This document shows, in pieces, positions 28,067 through 32,000 of a stretch of 32,000 nt of DNA. Every line of letters begins with the position of its first letter. The stretch's first letter is position 1. The translations under genes were made by a program, and so were the position numbers. The stretch spans positions 1,110,001 through 1,142,000 of the forward strand of contig NC_010628.1 in assembly GCF_000020025.1 (NCBI RefSeq). The letters run 5' to 3'. Under the pieces are notes generated by a model. It was not told the origin of the DNA. It did no database searches and saw only the letters and a list, made by a program, of their open reading frames with translations. The DNA comes from Nostoc punctiforme PCC 73102. GTDB lineage: Bacteria; Cyanobacteriota; Cyanobacteriia; Cyanobacteriales; Nostocaceae.

Positions 28067-31000
28067 ATGGCTGAAGAGAATTCCAACTACAGTTCAAGGT
28101 TTGAAAATGAAGTAAAGAGTGCTGTAGTTGGTGAAAAAAACATTATCTACAACTACTTTTACTATAGAGAAGAAGCAAGAGTAGAACCTGTTGATTCTAC
28201 CGACGCTGCTGATGAATATCTCCCTTGTCCTTATCGGGGGTTGTTTCATTTTGGCCCCAATGATGCGGATGTTTTCTGTGGGCGGGAAATATTTATCGAA
28301 GAACTTTATAGTGCAACTAAAACCAATAATTTTATTCCGGTGCTAGGTGCATCAGGAAGCGGTAAATCTTCGGTGGTATTAGCGGGATTAGTCCCTAAGT
28401 TACAAACAGCAGGTCATTGGCAGTTTACTCACTTTCGTCCTGGTTCTGACCCTTTCCATGCTCTAGCTTTAGCTCTTGTTCCTCTTTATACACCTAATTT
28501 AGATCAAACAGACCAAATTGCCCAAGCCCGAAAGATGGCTGGTTACTTGCAAGATGGTTCTGTTATTCTCTTAGATGTTTTTGCTAAAATTCAGCAAAAT
28601 CACCCTAATCATCGGGTACTACTGATTGCTGACCAATTTGAAGAAATTTACACACTCTGTAACAATCAAGAAATTCGCCGTAAGTTTCTCGACTGCTTAT
28701 TAGCCAGTTTAGTAACTCCTACTTCCCTGACTTCATCAGCTACGGTGTTAGTGACAACGATGCGGGCAGATTTTTTGGGAAATGCTCTCTCCTATCGTCC
28801 CTTTGCTGATGTCTTGCAAAATGCTGACGTGAAACTGGGGCCGATGAATCGGGAGGAACTAACAGAAGTCATTGGAAAACCTGCCCAAAAATTTGGGGTG
28901 ACATTTGCAGACGGACTGGTAGAACGCATTCTGGATGATGTGGAAAACCAACCGGGAAATTTACCTTTGCTAGAGTTTGCTTTAACAGAGTTGTGGAATA
29001 AGCGAACAGGTAAACAATTAACTCACAAAATCTATGAAGAAATTGGTCAAGTAGAAGGTGCGTTAGCTCGTCATGCGGATGAGAAATATGGCAACTTGAC
29101 AGATGATGAGAAGGAAAAAGTGCGGCGGATTTTTATTCAATTGGTGCGTCCGGGTGAGGGAGCAGAAGATACAAGACGCATAGCGATGAAAGCGCAATTG
29201 GGGGAACAAAGCTGGTCTTTGGTAAAAAAATTAGCTGATGCTCGGTTGGTGGTGACAAGTCGCAATCTTAGCAGTCAAGAAACAGTAGAAGTAGTCCATG
29301 AAGCTCTGATTCGCAATTGGGGAGAACTGCGACAATGGATGAATACAAACCGCGTTTTTAGAGCTTGGCAAGAGCGATTGCGAGCAGCAAAGGGACAATG
29401 GGAAGCAACAAATAAAGATTCGGGGTCATTGTTGCGGGGTGCAGCATTAGCAGAAGCAGAAGAAAAACTGAAGGAACGCCCAGAAGACTTAATTGATGAA
29501 CAAGAATTTATCGAGCAGAGTATTAAAGAAGGAAATCGCCTTAAACAAGTTGAAGCAGCCCGCAGAAAGCGCGAAATCAGAACCGCCTGGGCAATTGCGG
29601 CAGGTTCAGTGGTGGCGGTGGTAATTAGCAGTGGATTGGGTTTGACGGCATGGAATCAGACGAAGCAGGCACAACTCAATCAAGCTGAATCTCTGAGTAG
29701 ATATTCCTTATCTCTAATTAATGAACATAAAGACTTAGAAGCTTTCGTCACAGCAATAAAAGCAGGAAAAATCCTGCAAAGCCAACACACAACTAAACTA
29801 GAAACTTTCAATGCTTTGCAGACAGTTCTGGTTCAGGGAAGAGAACGAAACCGCTTAGAAGGGCATCAAAGCGCAGTCAATAGTGTGAGTTTCAGCCCGG
29901 ACGGCAAAACCATCGCCACGGCATCACAAGACAAGACAGCGCGGTTGTGGAACCTGCAAGGGCAACTGCTGCAAGAATTCAAAGGGTATCAAGGCACAGT
30001 CTTAAGTGTGAGTTTCAGCCCGGATGGCAAAACCATCGCCACGGCATCATCTGACAAGACAGCGCGGTTGTGGAACCTGCAAGGTAAACTGCTGCAAGAA
30101 TTCAGAGGGCATCGCAGTGGTAGAGGTATGAGTTTCAGCCCGGACGGCAAAACCATCGCCACGGCATCAGAAGACGGGACAACGCGGTTGTGGAACCTGC
30201 AAGGGCAACTGCTGCAAGAATTCAAAGGGCATCAAGGCAGTGACGAAGGTGTGAGTTTCAGCCCGGACGGCAAAACCATCGCCACGGCATCACAAGACAA
30301 GACAGCGCGGTTGTGGAACCTGCAAGGGCAACTGCTGCAAGAATTCAAAGGGCATCAAGGCGAAGTCTCAAGTGTGAGTTTCAGCCCGGACGGCAAAACC
30401 ATCGCCACGGCATCATCTGACAAGACAGCGCGGTTGTGGAACCTGCAAGGGCAACTGCTGCAAGAATTCAAAGGGCATCAACGCGGTGTCAATAGTGTGA
30501 GTTTCAGCCTGGACGGCAAAACCATCGCTACGGCATCATCTGACAAGACAGCGCGGTTGTGGAACCTGCAAGGGCAACTGCTGCAAGAATTCAAAGGGCA
30601 TCAAGGCCTAGTCTTAAGTGTGAGTTTCAGCCCGGACGGCAAAACCATCGCTACGTCATCAGATGACAAGACAGCGCGGTTGTGGAACCTGCAAAGGCAA
30701 CTGCTGCAAGAATTCAAAGGGCATCAAGGCGAAGTCTCAAGTGTGAGTTTCAGCCCGGACGGCAAAACCATCGCCACGGCATCAGAAGACGGGACAGCGC
30801 AGTTGTGGAACCTGCAAGGGCAACTGCTGCAAGAATTCAAAGGGCATCGCAGTGGTAGAGGTGTGAGTTTCAGCCCGGACGGCAAAACCATCGCCACGGC
30901 ATCAGCTGACAGGACAGCGCAGTTGTGGAACCTGCAAGGGCAACTGCTGCAAGAGTTCAAAGGGCATCAAAACGTAGTCTCAAGTGTGAGTTTCAGCCCG

Positions 31001-31702
31001 GACGGCAAAACTATCGCCACGGCATCCTGGGACTGCACAGCGCGGTTGTGGAACCTGCAAGGGCAACTGCTGCAAGAATTCAAAGGGCATCAAGGCGCAG
31101 TCAATAGTGTGAGTTTCAGCCCGGACGGCAAAACCATCGCCACGGCATCAGTTGACGAGACAGCGCGGTTGTGGAACCTGCAAGGGCAACTGCTGCAAGA
31201 ATTCAAAGGGCATCAAAGCGGTGTCAATAGTGCGAAGTTCAGCGCAGTCAATAGTGTGAGTTTCAGCCCGGACGGCAAAACCATCGCCACGGCATCATCT
31301 GACAACACAGCGCAGTTGTGGAACTTGCAAGGGCAACTGCTGCAAGAATTCAAAGGGCATCAAGGCCTAGTCTTAAGTGTGAGTTTCAGCCCGGACGGCA
31401 AAACCATCGCCACGGCATCATCTGACAACACAGCGCGGTTGTGGAACCTGCAAGGGCAACTGTTGCAAGAATTCAAAGGGCATCAACGCGGTGTCAATAG
31501 TGTGAGTTTCAGCCCGGATGGCAAAACCATCGCCACGGCATCTTATGACAAGACTATTAAACTCTGGGATCTAGATTTACACCCTTTAATGAGGCGCAGT
31601 TGTGATTCGGTACGCGATTATTTAACCTATAATCCTTTAAAAGATAATCCTGATGTCAGCGAGAATGACAGGCACTTGTGCGACGGTATTGGCAGAAAGT
31701 AG
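28067..31702 (+). CDS. NLR-like STAND (NACHT-type) P-loop NTPase with N-terminal signalling motif, one predicted TM helix and 14 WD40 repeats
   Basis: GGAG lies at 28056..28059. The N-terminal motif spans residues 7-31. CPYRGLFHF...FCGRE leads in to Walker A GASGSGKS (28346..28369) and Walker B-like [10 protein letters not shown]. The hydrophobic segment [24 protein letters not shown] maps to 29582..29653. The 14 WD40 units run from residue 599. Confidence 0.93.
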   Translation: MAEENSNYSSRFENEVKSAVVGEKNIIYNYFYYREEARVEPVDSTDAADEYLPCPYRGLFHFGPNDADVFCGREIFIEELYSATKTNNFIPVLGASGSGKSSVVLAGLVPKLQTAGHWQFTHFRPGSDPFHALALALVPLYTPNLDQTDQIAQARKMAGYLQDGSVILLDVFAKIQQNHPNHRVLLIADQFEEIYTLCNNQEIRRKFLDCLLASLVTPTSLTSSATVLVTTMRADFLGNALSYRPFADVLQNADVKLGPMNREELTEVIGKPAQKFGVTFADGLVERILDDVENQPGNLPLLEFALTELWNKRTGKQLTHKIYEEIGQVEGALARHADEKYGNLTDDEKEKVRRIFIQLVRPGEGAEDTRRIAMKAQLGEQSWSLVKKLADARLVVTSRNLSSQETVEVVHEALIRNWGELRQWMNTNRVFRAWQERLRAAKGQWEATNKDSGSLLRGAALAEAEEKLKERPEDLIDEQEFIEQSIKEGNRLKQVEAARRKREIRTAWAIAAGSVVAVVISSGLGLTAWNQTKQAQLNQAESLSRYSLSLINEHKDLEAFVTAIKAGKILQSQHTTKLETFNALQTVLVQGRERNRLEGHQSAVNSVSFSPDGKTIATASQDKTARLWNLQGQLLQEFKGYQGTVLSVSFSPDGKTIATASSDKTARLWNLQGKLLQEFRGHRSGRGMSFSPDGKTIATASEDGTTRLWNLQGQLLQEFKGHQGSDEGVSFSPDGKTIATASQDKTARLWNLQGQLLQEFKGHQGEVSSVSFSPDGKTIATASSDKTARLWNLQGQLLQEFKGHQRGVNSVSFSLDGKTIATASSDKTARLWNLQGQLLQEFKGHQGLVLSVSFSPDGKTIATSSDDKTARLWNLQRQLLQEFKGHQGEVSSVSFSPDGKTIATASEDGTAQLWNLQGQLLQEFKGHRSGRGVSFSPDGKTIATASADRTAQLWNLQGQLLQEFKGHQNVVSSVSFSPDGKTIATASWDCTARLWNLQGQLLQEFKGHQGAVNSVSFSPDGKTIATASVDETARLWNLQGQLLQEFKGHQSGVNSAKFSAVNSVSFSPDGKTIATASSDNTAQLWNLQGQLLQEFKGHQGLVLSVSFSPDGKTIATASSDNTARLWNLQGQLLQEFKGHQRGVNSVSFSPDGKTIATASYDKTIKLWDLDLHPLMRRSCDSVRDYLTYNPLKDNPDVSENDRHLCDGIGRK
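29861..31575 (+). repeat. Coding tandem repeat: 14 WD40 units of 123 bp (two of 120 bp, one of 147 bp), near-identical at nucleotide level
   Basis: The string gtgagtttcagc recurs at 29885, 30008, 30128 (as atgagtttcagc), 30251 and onward. The block ttgtggaacctgcaagggcaactgctgcaagaattcaaagggcatc recurs almost verbatim at 13 unit junctions. Confidence 0.95.
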
Positions 31703-31732
31703 GGAGCAGGCTTGCCGTGAGCGTAGCCGAAC

Positions 31733-31813
31733 GGGGGCAGGGGGCAGAGGAGCAGGGGAGCAGGGGAGCAGAGGAGAGTTTTTGTACAAGTTCTTTCCCC
31801 TCTGCTCCTCTGC
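31733..31813. repeat. G-rich / C-rich inverted-repeat element downstream of the NLR gene (same family as 16527..16640)
   Basis: The G-rich arm is gggggcagggggcagaggagcaggggagcaggggagcagaggagag and the C-rich arm is tttcccctctgctcctctgc. They share a 12-nt exact complement (GCAGAGGAGCAG/CTGCTCCTCTGC). Confidence 0.6.
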
Positions 31814-31958
31814 ACTCAAGCTTGTGAGAAATGCGGGCTATTGAACCTGATGCAGAGTAGGCGATCGCACTTTGGGAAAACTTCAGGGGCGATCGCCTTG
31901 ATCGAGGAAAAGTGCGATTGGTATACTGAGAACAACTTCTAGAAAGGGCGATCGCATC

Positions 31959-32000
31959 ATGACGACACGCGAACTCTTATTCCAGGAACTAGCAAACACA
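31959..32000 (+). CDS. Start of an unidentified ORF running off the window
   Basis: The ATG at 31959 opens MTTRELLFQELANT... Only 14 codons are visible, too few to evaluate. Confidence 0.2.
   Translation, partial: MTTRELLFQELANT

Noticed and set aside
29989-31107. Tracked ORFs 29989..30225 (-), 30724..30960 (-) and 30925..31107 (+) inside the WD40 array
   Set aside because: These are alternative-frame or antisense readings of the repeat unit. They are periodic and low-complexity ([13 protein letters not shown]... repeated) and lie entirely within a strongly supported CDS.
29861-31575. Regular ~123-bp near-identical repeats that could superficially suggest a CRISPR-like array
   Set aside because: The units abut with no unique spacers, stay in one long reading frame and translate to canonical WD40 blades (GH...SFSPDGK...WD/WN). 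This is a coding tandem repeat.

Overview
By-eye reading only; no searches or structure predictions were run. The window looks like a chromosomal segment of a filamentous Nostoc/Anabaena-type cyanobacterium. Support: at least two dozen HIP1 palindromes (GCGATCGC), heptamer STRR-type tandem repeats at gene boundaries, and the gene content. Housekeeping genes are pheS, surE, ribF, secA, an ndhD-family NDH-1 subunit, and an RRM-type rbp gene followed by rpsU. Other genes include an MBL-fold hydrolase, a MoxR-type AAA+ ATPase, a diheme cytochrome c, a retropepsin-like protease, an LMW-PTP-like protein coupled to a SAM methyltransferase, a penicillin/AHL-acylase family protein, a NarL-type response regulator divergent from a hybrid histidine kinase, a CsbD-like protein, a secreted TPR-like protein and a zinc-ribbon Ser/Thr kinase with a polytopic membrane domain. 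No tRNA, rRNA, CRISPR array or transposase was recognised.

The stand-out locus is 27667..31702. A 126-aa helical protein with a Gly/Ala-rich hydrophobic N-terminus sits 19 nt upstream of a 1211-aa STAND (NACHT-like) NTPase. That NTPase carries a predicted transmembrane helix and 14 nearly identical WD40 units. The last 25 residues of the small protein and residues 7-31 of the NTPase align without gaps around a G-I-Q-V-G (RHIM/PP/BASS3-like) core. This is the architecture of amyloid-templated effector/NLR cell-death switches (fungal HET-S/NWD2; bacterial Bell/BASS/NLR pairs). I know of no experimental work on a cyanobacterial member, so it is the best candidate here for an uncharacterised conflict system.

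Secondary observations:
- Two RelE/ParE-type toxin genes are each interrupted by an in-frame TAG next to an intact antitoxin.
- A 0.65-kb intergenic region has a GC-rich foldable core and four GCTGATAGC-type repeats.
- Inverted ATGACTA heptamer arrays supply the start codons of divergent pheS and surE.
- A family of G-rich/C-rich inverted-repeat elements lies at three gene ends.
- There is a roughly 1-kb AT-rich stretch with no credible ORF.
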